Source: Trichomonas gallinae
Lineage: Eukaryota
Direction: 5' to 3'
Length of the DNA stretch: 33,478 nt
Assembly (NCBI GenBank): GCA_008369845.1
Contig: MRSU01008697.1
Location: 1-33,478, forward strand
Shown here: positions 10,241 to 20,646 of the stretch, one piece after another
Layout of the letters: each line of letters opens with the position of its first letter
Numbering within the stretch: the first letter of the stretch is position 1
Notes under the pieces: generated by a model
What the model was told of the DNA's origin: nothing
Seen by the model: the letters and a program-made list of their open reading frames with translations, nothing else
Databases searched by the model: none
Translations under genes and position numbers: made by a program

Positions 10241-11244
10241 TGAAGAAGTTTACATCGGCACTTTTGAAAGAGTTATGATGATTCTGATTTTAATAATTTT
10301 AACTATATCTGTGCTTAGTTAGGTGCAGGGACGCAGTTTTTAATGAAAATCATGGCGTTTAAAAAGTTGATTGTTTTTTTGATTAAAATTGAATTAACTA
10401 CCATATGTACATTATAAATATAACAAAATTTACATTTTGTCAGAAAACTTTATTTTTTATTTTTCTAAATCTGGTCTGTATTTAGCATTGATAGTTAGAA
10501 TAAAGCATATCTATGGTAAAAAACACAAGTTTGCCGACTGTGCAAAAACATCTCAAAATTGAATGGATAAATATAGCATTCAATGATTCTAGGGTTATTG
10601 AGTTTTTAGTGAAAATCGAACGAGATGATTATGCTCCGGTGAAATATATGAAGTTAAGTTGTAAAAAGCAATAGAAATTAGTCCGTTTATGATTCATCAA
10701 GAGCAAGCCTATATAATATCAATCGCAATTAATCAGTTTAAAATCTACTCACTTTGAGAAATAATTTTTTAATTGTTTATTGAATCATCGATGATAGTTT
10801 AATATTCTTTTAATAAACATCAATAATGTGGGTAATGAAGTTTAATTGAATTGATGAGGTGTTTTTGTCAAAATGAATTAATTTGAAGCTCTAACAATAT
10901 CGATTTGATCGAATTTCATTAATTGTTCATATCTATAACATTCATATATACTAATATTGTAATCATGATATGTAATATCCTTTTAAAAATATACACATAC
11001 TGATATATTAATTTAATTACTATATATTATGTTTTCATTTTGATATTGTTATCCACTAATCAACAGTATATTTTAGAAAATACATTTATTGATCGCCGGT
11101 ACCTATACAAAAAGGAATGGAGAATAAATCATTTACATGACATTGAGCATTTAAGTGTTAGAATGGCTTTTATAAAAAGGGCTGATATACATAAAAACGC
11201 GCTTTAGTGAAAAAACAAAAAATTGTGAAATGAAATAAAAAAAC

Positions 11245-11943
11245 TTAAAAGAATGGGATTGAGTAACTGTGTCTTCTCATGCATCTTGAGTGCAATAAAA
11301 CATTGCGAACATCTTTCTTTCTCAAGCATTTCTGTAGAACAGGGAGGACGATGGAATCGAGAACTTTGTCATTGGGAGCACCTTTCCATGCATCTACAGG
11401 CAAAGAATTTTCTCTATTGGCAAGGAAAACGTTCAAATTATCGTCAACAAGGATAACATCTTTTGACTTGCGCTTCAAGATGGTTATATCCTTTCTTAAG
11501 AATCCATGATCTGGGTAGCATGAATCCCTGTAAAGCCTATGGTCGAACGTTATAAACGGCGCAATCTTGTTGATAATTTGGTCAGCGTAATCTTGCGGGG
11601 ACGCCGTAAAAATGAAAAGGTCAAATTTTTTGCTGCAGAAATCCAAGAATTCTTTGAGGCCTGGGCGGATCCAGATGTAAATGTCCTGTTTGATTAGGAA
11701 GTATTGAACACCTCTTGCAGGTTTGTCATAGGAAGCATGAATGAGTGTGTCATCGAGGTCCAAAATAAGGGTTTTCTTTCCTGGAATAGGCTCAGGCGGG
11801 ACAAATTTCTTATAATAAGTTCCGGACACAAAGTACTTGAACTTCTCCCCAAGTGTCAAAGGCCTGCGGATGAACTTGGAGCGCTTCTCAATATCCGCGA
11901 AATCGTCCATCAGTCCTCCAAACGCGCATGGACTGATGAACAT
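11245..11943 (-). CDS. NIF/FCP1-SCP family HAD phosphatase (CTD small phosphatase-like)
   Basis: KKTLILDLDDTLIH (DxDxT), RPGLKEFL, FTAS..YAD, RLYRDSC, KDI, ILVDD. Inr-like TCATA at 11954-11950. Confidence 0.95.
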   Translation of the reverse strand: MFISPCAFGGLMDDFADIEKRSKFIRRPLTLGEKFKYFVSGTYYKKFVPPEPIPGKKTLILDLDDTLIHASYDKPARGVQYFLIKQDIYIWIRPGLKEFLDFCSKKFDLFIFTASPQDYADQIINKIAPFITFDHRLYRDSCYPDHGFLRKDITILKRKSKDVILVDDNLNVFLANRENSLPVDAWKGAPNDKVLDSIVLPVLQKCLRKKDVRNVLLHSRCMRRHSYSIPFF

Positions 11944-12029
11944 TGAAATTATGATTTTATGTCACAGTAGAAAAAATCCCCAAGAATAAGAAAATATTGT
12001 ATTATTTGGGTAGTATAATGATATAAGAA

Positions 12030-12314
12030 ACCATATAAAAAAAAAACTCTCAATCATTTCAATTTAACAGTCGATAAATGTAAAATAATAGGCAATAGCA
12101 TCTTTATATAATTATAGCATTTTTAAATTCAGCACCATATAAAAAAACTCTCAAAAATATTAACATTGAAAAAATTAAATTATTTGTAATATAGTTTATA
12201 TTTTAAGGATATATTTAAATGCTTTCTGAACCAAATAAAAAAACTCTCAATGTTGTCAATTTTACTCATAGAAAAAATTAAATTATTGAGAGTAAACTGT
12301 TTATGGGTTCAGAA
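12030..12314. repeat. Three ~100-bp-spaced direct copies of ACCA(T/A)ATA(n)CTCTCAA plus one inverted copy
   Basis: Copies start at 12030, 12134 and 12230. Segment 12285-12314 is an imperfect reverse complement of 12224-12251. Confidence 0.7.
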
Positions 12315-13902
12315 TAATGCAAAAATCAAAATATAGCATTATAACATGCTTTGTATTAATATTTTTGATGTTTTGTAAATTAATGATTTTCGGTTTTACA
12401 CCACTAAACTCTTAAAAATACCTTAAATATAGTATATTGATGATGTAAACAAAGACACTAATTGACACTTTTCCGCATTTTGAATGATAAACCATTTATC
12501 TATTGAATTTTGATGTAAATTAAAATATAGGATATATATAGTATTACAAGAATATTTCGCCAAAGTTTTCGGATTCATTGTGATAAGCATAATCAATTTT
12601 ATGTGAAATCGAAAATGCCGCTGCTACTTAGTTGTTAAAAGGGTTTATACAATACCACAGATCGAATGAAATGTAAAAGAGATCTCAACTATTGATGGAG
12701 ATTTTTGTCGAAATTCGAAAAATGATTGTACATATAGCACTCGTCGATGTTTCAACTATGTTCCCTGATGATAGTAATGGTTGCAATTGAGTTTTTGATT
12801 TTGATGGTTATCCGAGATTCAAATTATGAGAAATATTCGCCGATCCTAGTGGCATCCAAGATTTCACACATATAGCTGATAAATAAGCAAATTACATAAG
12901 AAAAATGTATTGTAATCTCAACTTTGCCTTAAGAATTCTGCCTGGGAATAAAGAAGCGTAATCAAACATTACTCATTTTGTTTTTCGCTTCATTTGTGCT
13001 AATAGGTTGATATACTTTAAAATGGAGGGTTTTCACATGAAAATAATTTGATCTTGTTAATTGCCTGAAGGGATATGATGTATGCCAATATATAACATTT
13101 AGAGACAGAATATTATTCGATTAATGAATCTATAGATCAGTAATATCGTAGCTTTGATATGACTTCTGAGACGGGACTTGATAGAGGTTAATTCAATTTC
13201 AACGGCCATTTGAATTTGCATTATGTATCATATGGTAATTACCATATGTAATTTGATTTAGAATTTATTGATAAGATTATTTTATAGAAAATAATCGGCA
13301 AAATATAATACTAACAAGTAGAGTAATCATATTTAAGAATTAATTTAAAAAAAGTTATTTCAATTTTGTAACATCGGAAATTTCGGCAGATAAATTTTAT
13401 AGCATTGACATAATAATAAAAGCATTAATTTTAAAAACTTGACTTTTTTTGTAAGTGTGTGTAGGACAAATTCTTATTGACAAAAGACTTTGAGAAATCT
13501 TCTATATTGTAGTTAATTAATAATATTATTATCGAACTGATTATTTATTCAAAATTGAGTGCTTTTCACAATTTCATATTTGCAGATTTTCTTTTAAAAC
13601 GCAATTTTGTTGATAAAAACACTGTATAACATATTTTGAATAATATTTATATGAAAGAAAAAACGAATAAGTATTGAAAACTTTCTCAAAGTCCCCAAAA
13701 TATTCAAATCAAAATAATCGTCTGAATAGGATTTTATACATATCATATATATGTACATGGTTGATTGTGATTTTGAAATTATTCATTTTCTGACATGCCA
13801 ATGAAATATTGCTCATTGACATATATATCAACAAAATGCTGACTAAATTCAACTATTGTTCAAATTTGATATGATTATTTTCAAAATTTTCTGAAGAATA
13901 AC

Positions 13903-13919
13903 TCACTCCTCAATTCATT
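13903..13919 (+). promoter_or_regulatory. Tandem Inr-like elements (TCACT, TCATT) upstream of 13927 ATG
   Basis: Two TCAYW matches within 25 nt of the ATG. Confidence 0.55.
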
Positions 13920-13926
13920 TATCGAA

Positions 13927-14130
13927 ATGTCGTCAGTCTTATCCGGCAAGAAGTTCATGGCACTTCCAAACAGGAATGGACCATACTACAAACAGTTCTT
14001 TGATAGCGCTGAGTGGGCCAAGCAACAGAAGTACACCCCAGTCGTAGCTTTGAAGAGGCCAGTTTTCAACAGCGCTGTCACCATTCCAAAGAGCTCAGCT
14101 AGCCCAATTGTCAAGATGGAAAACTTTTAA
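13927..14130 (+). CDS. Small endosulfine/ARPP-19/Igo-like protein (67 aa)
   Basis: KQFFDSAEWA resembles the family motif (Y/F)FDS(G/A)D(Y/W). The ORF is a GC-richer island with C/G-ending codons, with Inr motifs upstream. Confidence 0.7.
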   Translation: MSSVLSGKKFMALPNRNGPYYKQFFDSAEWAKQQKYTPVVALKRPVFNSAVTIPKSSASPIVKMENF

Positions 14131-14316
14131 TACCCTAATTGTGCGGGATTTTTATTCCTAGATAGAATTTTTGTTATGTTATTACTATCCAAATATCAAA
14201 TATATAAACTCTTTAGTTTATTATCTATTATTTTTTTGTGAGCCACTCTATGATAGCAAGATAAGATTCCGAACAATATTATTTATTAAACGAGCATCGC
14301 ACAGCGAAAATCCGTG

Positions 14317-14336
14317 CAAATACTGGCCAGTATTTG
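14317..14336. repeat. Perfect 20-bp palindrome CAAATACTGGCCAGTATTTG
   Basis: Read directly. It extends to GTG...TAC with one G-T mismatch. Confidence 0.9.
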
Positions 14337-15538
14337 TACAAAGCAATTTGTGAGTTATGGCTCAAATAATCTTCGAAAACATGGTATTGTTAATATAAAG
14401 TAGAATTAATGAAGAATTGTCGAAAATTAACACATCAATTGGATTTAGCATTGAAATTCTAATTGAACTATACTATGTAATCAAGGTGCTTACCAATGAA
14501 TAAGCCAATGAAAATATTCATGGAAAGAATACTAGTAATTAGCATATGATCGGATAAATACTATCAAGACAAGGGTTCCATTGGTTCACAGTTGCAAAGG
14601 ATGCCATTTGTCGAAAAAAATTCTCTCGGCTGTTGGTTCTATTATTATAGGGGATGGCATATTTAAAAAGGGTCGAAAAATGATACGTGAAAAGCATTCA
14701 TGTTTTTCATGTCTATATAAATAAGCCGGTTCATTTGTACTATACATTGCTGGAATAGCAGTAATATCTAGACATGAAAAATAAGAGCTGTGTACCTCAA
14801 AATTAGAAAAATAAATAAAAATTAATATTGCACATTTATTAATTAACCCCTACACATATCAAAGTTTCATATTTTCATATAATGCTATAGTTAAAAATGT
14901 CCGAAAATCTCTTTTTTCAAGGCTATTTTCTATATTTTTCTGATGATAAACAATTTTTGATGAAAAAATTTACAGTTATCAAAAATTCGAAAAAAAATTG
15001 GGTATAAGAATCATCACATACAGTGACAGCGCGTTTTTAATCGTAAAATACTTTTATTCAAATATTCTTATCATTATGGGGTTTATCTTGGTGGATTATC
15101 TCAGATGATATTATGGAGTATATTTTTGCAAGAAAACTAGACTGTTAGAACACTTGAAAATTGAGAAGTTTATCGAAGATGATAAAATAACGTGTTTATT
15201 AAAAGTCTATTTATTTTATGAATCTAGACAATTTTGATATTTTCAACAAACGAATTTTTGTGAAGTACTTTTGTATACCTCCCACAAATTATTTGTTTTC
15301 TTTAATTCAATATTTTGATACTATATCATATCATATCTACATTCGTTTTATCCATTTTAAATTTCATATACGATATAAAATTTTCATTGTCTTCAGAATA
15401 TTTCTCAAAAAATTGAATGTCGAAAACCGTCGACTCATTCAACAAAAATTCACAAAAAATATATAATATATTGGACATCGTTATATATTAAGAATAACAA
15501 TTTAACGAAAAATTTTATTGCTCTAAAATTTTTTTTTA

Positions 15539-18271
15539 ATGCTCTCTTTGCTTTTCTCCTTTGTTCATAGTATCTCAAATACTGAGTGCGTTGCCAACAT
15601 CTGCAGGTACCGCGACCAGCTGAATGAGTTCCAGTTGCCTTTTTATGAAGGATTGGAGATATGGCTTAACGAGAGTTCTCTACAAAATGGCACAAATACG
15701 ATATTTTTGACTTCAGACACTCGTCTTACTAATAGGGTCCGCCAGTACGTAGTTAATGCGTTCACTGATGGATCAAATTCAGATTTACTCGATCATTTCA
15801 AATTGGGAGTTCGCGCATTCGAATTCGATCACCCAGAGGTGTTCTATGTTGACTATTCCAAGCTGGGATTCAAAATTTCCCAAACAACAAATGGCTTAAA
15901 AACTCTTATATTCGGTGCAGTTACATCAGAGACATATATTATAAACAACATTACCAACATCAGCCATTACATCGATAAGTTCAATGCTGAAATTGACAGT
16001 ATAAAGCAAACCTATGAGAAAACTGACTTTCAAAACAAAATCGGAGATATTTTCAATAAAATCGGAGCAATAGATACACAATTAAATAATATCGTTCAAG
16101 AAGACTATGTAACCTGGATTAATACAGCTTACGGAGGATTAATCAATAAAAAGGCTGGCAGACAAGGCGTAGCAAAAGCCGCAAGCGCATTTCTTAAGGC
16201 AGTCAATGTAACAAGTATGTACGTAGAAGGAACCGCTTTAGTTCAAGCAAATGCTTTATATCATTATTGGAATCTTTATGAAGGCGAAGATAAATTGGTT
16301 TTCATGGATACTGCAAATAGAATTAAAGAAGGATATATGCATGAATTAGAGGCCAATACTTATGAATACAACACAGGTTTTCCAGTCCCATTAGTCAATA
16401 AGAGTAAATTTTACCTTAAGAACATTGGATCCAACTACACTGTATCGTACAACAATTTTGACTTAAGCCAGATGGATTTACTAGAATACCGGCTTGTCAT
16501 GAGAAAATATACCAGTAACATGAGAACCAATTGGGAAGATGTTAGCTATGATATCAGCAAAGGATATTACTTCAAAGATGACGGCACGTTTTACGGCGTA
16601 CAACTTGGAATTGCTAAAATTGGATCACAAAGTGTTGTAAGATCCAGCCCATTATATTGGTCCCCTTCAAAAGCATTTACAACCTTAGCTCCAACAATCT
16701 GCAGTTTCCAGCCAAATTATAGTTCATTTAACCGTGGATCCTTCTCATATGGTTTATCTTACAGAGTTTTTATTCAGTTGACTGAGCCTTATAAGCTTGT
16801 TGATGAGACCATACCACCTCAGATGATGATTTATGAGAAAGACAATGCTTCCAATTATGTTCTCGTTAATGCTACTCTCCTCATGCCTGGACCACTAGGA
16901 TATCTGATATTTGACTTCCAATTTCCTATGCCCACCACCTTATTTCCTACTTTCGACATAAAACTCGTTAACATCCGTGGCTACAAGACTGACAAAGAAT
17001 ATGATACATCTGATCTTAATTTACAGTCATATTTTAACAATGCAGCAAATGGAAGATCTTTCACCGCCACATCCGTGGTTCTTCCTACTGCATCGGAACC
17101 AGTACTTATCCTCAATGAAAATTCCACCACATCTTTCTCTATTTCTAGCAACAGTTATACCGATGTCAATCCAAGTGATGTGTCGATCAGCAGCCTTCAA
17201 TATCCCTTACGCGGGACAGGATTAAAATCAAAATACGACATCAATCTCAAAGTTTATGATCAGGATGCCAAACTCTCAGAAGGCTCACGCTTGACATTTC
17301 AAATTCCATATCCAAAAGATTATGACCCAAACAAAATTTACAAGGTCAACCATACCCATGACAACATTGTTGAAACGCTAACTCCAGTTGCCATGCCCAC
17401 AGGATTTTTATTAACTGTTTCGTCATTCAGTCCATTCAGCCTCTACGAAGATACAAATGCACCAGAGAACGTCTCTTTGTACATCAAATCCTCATCGCCA
17501 GCCGTCTCAGTCATATACGATGACAGCAACGTCGTCAACAAAGTCATCAATATTCTTTCCCAAACAGTTCAGACGTTTTATATATCAGCCGACGAGACAG
17601 CAGAGGTTTCCCAGGTTTTCCTCAATGGCGAAGCCGTTGAATTGAATGATGGCTTCCTTAAAGTTACTTTCACTAATTTTTCAAATGTCATCGAAGTATT
17701 TGCTGCAACAAAGACGATAACCGCAATGGAAAGGGAACTAAACCTTACAAGCGTCTTCGTCACTTCTAAGACTATATTGTCAGCACTCAAAAGTAACATT
17801 CCACTCTCATCAATGACGAAATCCAATGATTTCGACATACAGTGGCCACCGATCTTCCAGGAATACTCAGGTGGTAGCAGGAAGCCAGGTACGGGTGGAT
17901 CACTGTCTGGGGGCGGAGACAAGCCATCATCTGGCGGTGGTTCTTCGCCAGATAATGTAAATCCTGATTCCGAGCCACCAGAAACAAACTTAGCACCAGG
18001 AATACCGGAAACAACCACAGAAAAGTCTGCGATGAGCAAGCCAGCTTATATAGCTCTGATATTCACATCCGGCCTCGGCTTTGTTTTCGTTGTCGTTGCT
18101 GTATTTTTCATCTCCAAAAGCAGAGATGATACAAAAAAGGCAGACAAAAACGTCCTCGGAGTGCAAATAGGAAGAGAAGAAGAGGATGATGATGAAGAAT
18201 ATGTAGAAGAAGAATATGCAGATAATGAGTCTCCAGAACCATCAGACTTCAACTCTGCAGAAGAAGTCTAA
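15539..18271 (+). CDS. Type I surface protein with N-terminal transglutaminase-like domain (catalytic Cys absent), beta-rich stalk, G/S/P linker, TM and acidic tail
   Basis: Short signal MLSLLFSFVHS; AFEFDHPEVFYVD; TAYGGLINKKAGRQGVAKA; VEG..HYWN..FMD; VSSFSPFSL; TM YIALIFTSGLGFVFVVVAVFFI; EEEDDDEEYVEEEY tail. Confidence 0.85.
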   Translation: MLSLLFSFVHSISNTECVANICRYRDQLNEFQLPFYEGLEIWLNESSLQNGTNTIFLTSDTRLTNRVRQYVVNAFTDGSNSDLLDHFKLGVRAFEFDHPEVFYVDYSKLGFKISQTTNGLKTLIFGAVTSETYIINNITNISHYIDKFNAEIDSIKQTYEKTDFQNKIGDIFNKIGAIDTQLNNIVQEDYVTWINTAYGGLINKKAGRQGVAKAASAFLKAVNVTSMYVEGTALVQANALYHYWNLYEGEDKLVFMDTANRIKEGYMHELEANTYEYNTGFPVPLVNKSKFYLKNIGSNYTVSYNNFDLSQMDLLEYRLVMRKYTSNMRTNWEDVSYDISKGYYFKDDGTFYGVQLGIAKIGSQSVVRSSPLYWSPSKAFTTLAPTICSFQPNYSSFNRGSFSYGLSYRVFIQLTEPYKLVDETIPPQMMIYEKDNASNYVLVNATLLMPGPLGYLIFDFQFPMPTTLFPTFDIKLVNIRGYKTDKEYDTSDLNLQSYFNNAANGRSFTATSVVLPTASEPVLILNENSTTSFSISSNSYTDVNPSDVSISSLQYPLRGTGLKSKYDINLKVYDQDAKLSEGSRLTFQIPYPKDYDPNKIYKVNHTHDNIVETLTPVAMPTGFLLTVSSFSPFSLYEDTNAPENVSLYIKSSSPAVSVIYDDSNVVNKVINILSQTVQTFYISADETAEVSQVFLNGEAVELNDGFLKVTFTNFSNVIEVFAATKTITAMERELNLTSVFVTSKTILSALKSNIPLSSMTKSNDFDIQWPPIFQEYSGGSRKPGTGGSLSGGGDKPSSGGGSSPDNVNPDSEPPETNLAPGIPETTTEKSAMSKPAYIALIFTSGLGFVFVVVAVFFISKSRDDTKKADKNVLGVQIGREEEDDDEEYVEEEYADNESPEPSDFNSAEEV

Positions 18272-18459
18272 TTGTTATAATTAATGTTACCATGTTACCA
18301 TGTTAATGTTTTTATTTTTATTCTATCCCTTTATTAATAAATTTTATCATGTGTTTTTGTATTTTCACCAACTTTTTTATCAACTCATGTCGTTCTTAAT
18401 ATTATTTTAAAAACAAAGTGCAAATATATAGGTTTTCCTTATAGAAACAAATTATACAA

Positions 18460-18900
18460 ACATTGTATTATGATGCTGTAGATAGAAGAAAACATTGATA
18501 TCATTTAATGATATAATATTATCTATTAACTAATAGCTATAATTAAGGTTAATGCTTTAGCTATCTATTTGCATGATAATTACAAATACTCATAGATCTA
18601 ACATAGATGACTGTCGGTAATGGAATTGATAATAAATGATGAATTAAATAGAGTCAGTATTGTGCTAGATGAGTGAAAATATAATGTTTCGCATTGCTTT
18701 TCATATATATTAAACTATATATTCGATATTCGTTCAAAATTCGCAGAAAAAAGGAGATTTAAATAGTATAAAATCAATATTTGACACCATATTCTCGATG
18801 AATACGAAATCATATAAATGAAATACAAGTTTTGAGATTGGTCAATTGCAGTATCTGAGACACAATGCAATTTGCACATTTGAGACATATTATAAACCCA
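18460..18900 (+). pseudogene. Possible relic of a DUF3447/ankyrin-type gene
   Basis: Fragments YDAV../ENIDII*, LIAIIKVNALAIYLHDNY and YNVSHCFSYILNY resemble the pattern AIxGGNxEII..AIxxHxNxIAxYL. There are many stops. Confidence 0.3.
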
Positions 18901-19334
18901 ATACACATTTAAATGATAATATAGATAGGCTTGGATAATGAACCTTCATAATAATGACACTAAAAATTTAAACAAAAAATCAATTTTTTTGAATTTTGAG
19001 CTTAAAATCATGCATAAGATAATAAAATATGTCTATTGATGCTATATTGTCAAATATCTCATCTCACATTTTATTTTTTCTATGATTTTCATATTCATTA
19101 CCATAAAATAATCCAAAATATCAGCGAAAAAATGTTTTATGGGAGTTAGAAATTGTGAGAAATAAATTTTTCTCAAAAATTTTCTCATATTTATAGTACT
19201 AATGCTATAACAATATTAAATATTTAATCAAATTTCTTATTAATTTTTTTATGATAATAATATAATACATAAATTATAAGAATGTTATACTTTGATTTTT
19301 GTTTTTTGAATTTTTTTTCACTTTTTTTCAAAAA

Positions 19335-20393
19335 ATGAGTGAATCTGAAGATAAGAAGCCTAGGAGGCACATTTTTGCATACATCGGTTTTGTCTTCGTC
19401 TGCTTCCTTTTCGGTACACAATACGCCGTTTCCAAAATAGGCTACGAGCACTACGACAACATCACGTTTATTTCCATGAGAATGACGACAGCTTTCCTTA
19501 CAATCTCAATCGTTTTCGCTGCCAGACTCATCATCAGCAAGAAGTATCGCGCGTTCATTCATGCGTCAATGAAGAGAGGAGATACTTGCTGGTGGAAGTC
19601 AATGATTTTGGGTTTGCTCCAATATGGCTTCCCACACTCAATGATTGCCCTTGGTCAGAGAACAGTTGCTTCTACAATTGTTACTGTTGTTCAGCCACTT
19701 GTTCCAACATCTTCCCTTTTATTCGCTTCAATCTTCCTTGCAGATGAGAAATTTGCATGGCCAAAGTTAATTCCACACGTCCTCGCTATCATCGGCTGCA
19801 CTCTTACATGCGTTCCACCTTTCTACAATGGTGGACACATTACACCACCAAAATGGTATGATTTGCTCATGGTCTTCATTTCCGTCCTTTCTTTCGGTTT
19901 TGGATCTGTTTTCTTCAAGATGTTCCAAGTCCAGGCTGATTTCCTCGCCTGCGTTTTCTTCCAGCTTTTAGGTGCAACAGTTTACTCTCAGACCTTCTCT
20001 TTAATCAAGAATGGTCCACAGAAAAACTATGAGGATTGGTTTAAGACACCAAACTTTATCATCTATCCACTCATCATCGGCATCGGCTATACATCCACAT
20101 CATCCGCTATCTGCCTCCATATCGCTCGTGTTTTCGGTGCTGTTAAGTCTCAACTTGTCAACTTCGGCCAGATTGTTATTGGCGTCATCGCTGGCGTTGC
20201 ATTCCTTCATGAATTCGAGGGTTACACAGTTTGGATGCATATTGTCAGCTGGTTTGGTGTCGTTCTGCTTTTCATTTCAACAATTCTCGGATTTGTTGTC
20301 GATCATACAGAAGAAGTTAAGTTACTTCATCATGCTGATGATGAACCAGTCACCTCCAATCCTTTATTGTCTAATACAAACTCCGAAGCCTAA
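19335..20393 (+). CDS. EamA/DMT superfamily integral membrane transporter
   Basis: About 10 hydrophobic helices in two halves; SMRMTTA, FLADEK, FGAVKSQLVNF, GVAFLHE motifs. ATG at 19335 with Inr TCACT at 19318-19322. Confidence 0.9.
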   Translation: MSESEDKKPRRHIFAYIGFVFVCFLFGTQYAVSKIGYEHYDNITFISMRMTTAFLTISIVFAARLIISKKYRAFIHASMKRGDTCWWKSMILGLLQYGFPHSMIALGQRTVASTIVTVVQPLVPTSSLLFASIFLADEKFAWPKLIPHVLAIIGCTLTCVPPFYNGGHITPPKWYDLLMVFISVLSFGFGSVFFKMFQVQADFLACVFFQLLGATVYSQTFSLIKNGPQKNYEDWFKTPNFIIYPLIIGIGYTSTSSAICLHIARVFGAVKSQLVNFGQIVIGVIAGVAFLHEFEGYTVWMHIVSWFGVVLLFISTILGFVVDHTEEVKLLHHADDEPVTSNPLLSNTNSEA

Positions 20394-20646
20394 TAAAAAT
20401 ATTAGTATCGAGTTACTATTCATAAATCTGTTTCATCATTTTTCTTTCAATTACCATTTAGTTGATGAATGCCAAAATCAAAATTGATTGATAGAGAAAT
20501 TTTAATAAATAAATTAAAAACATTATTACAGAAATAGAATATTGAATGCATACTTCAACCTTTTGATATTCTTAGTTATTCTTACGCTAATAATTAAATA
20601 TTCAAAAACCAAAAAGTTAAAAGTAACAAGCTTTTCAGGAACATTC

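Noticed and set aside
12030..12314. CRISPR-like array
   Set aside because: Only three degenerate AT-rich copies, similar spacers, no cas genes, eukaryotic context.
12722..13051. Coding-looking frame (MIVHIALVDVSTMFPDD...) with four internal stops
   Set aside because: No recognisable family; I cannot distinguish it from background without a search.
8831..14130. Kinase, CTD-type phosphatase and endosulfine-like gene as a signalling cluster
   Set aside because: The kinase is not Greatwall-like and the phosphatase is not PP2A. Both belong to large families, so adjacency is likely chance.
15218..15466. AT-rich intergenic ORFs (also 14171, 18715, 23799, 27824)
   Set aside because: F/I/K/N/Y-biased composition typical of non-coding AT-rich DNA.
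18284..18310. Short ATGTTACC tandem after the stop codon
   Set aside because: About three units of simple slippage repeat; no evidence of function.
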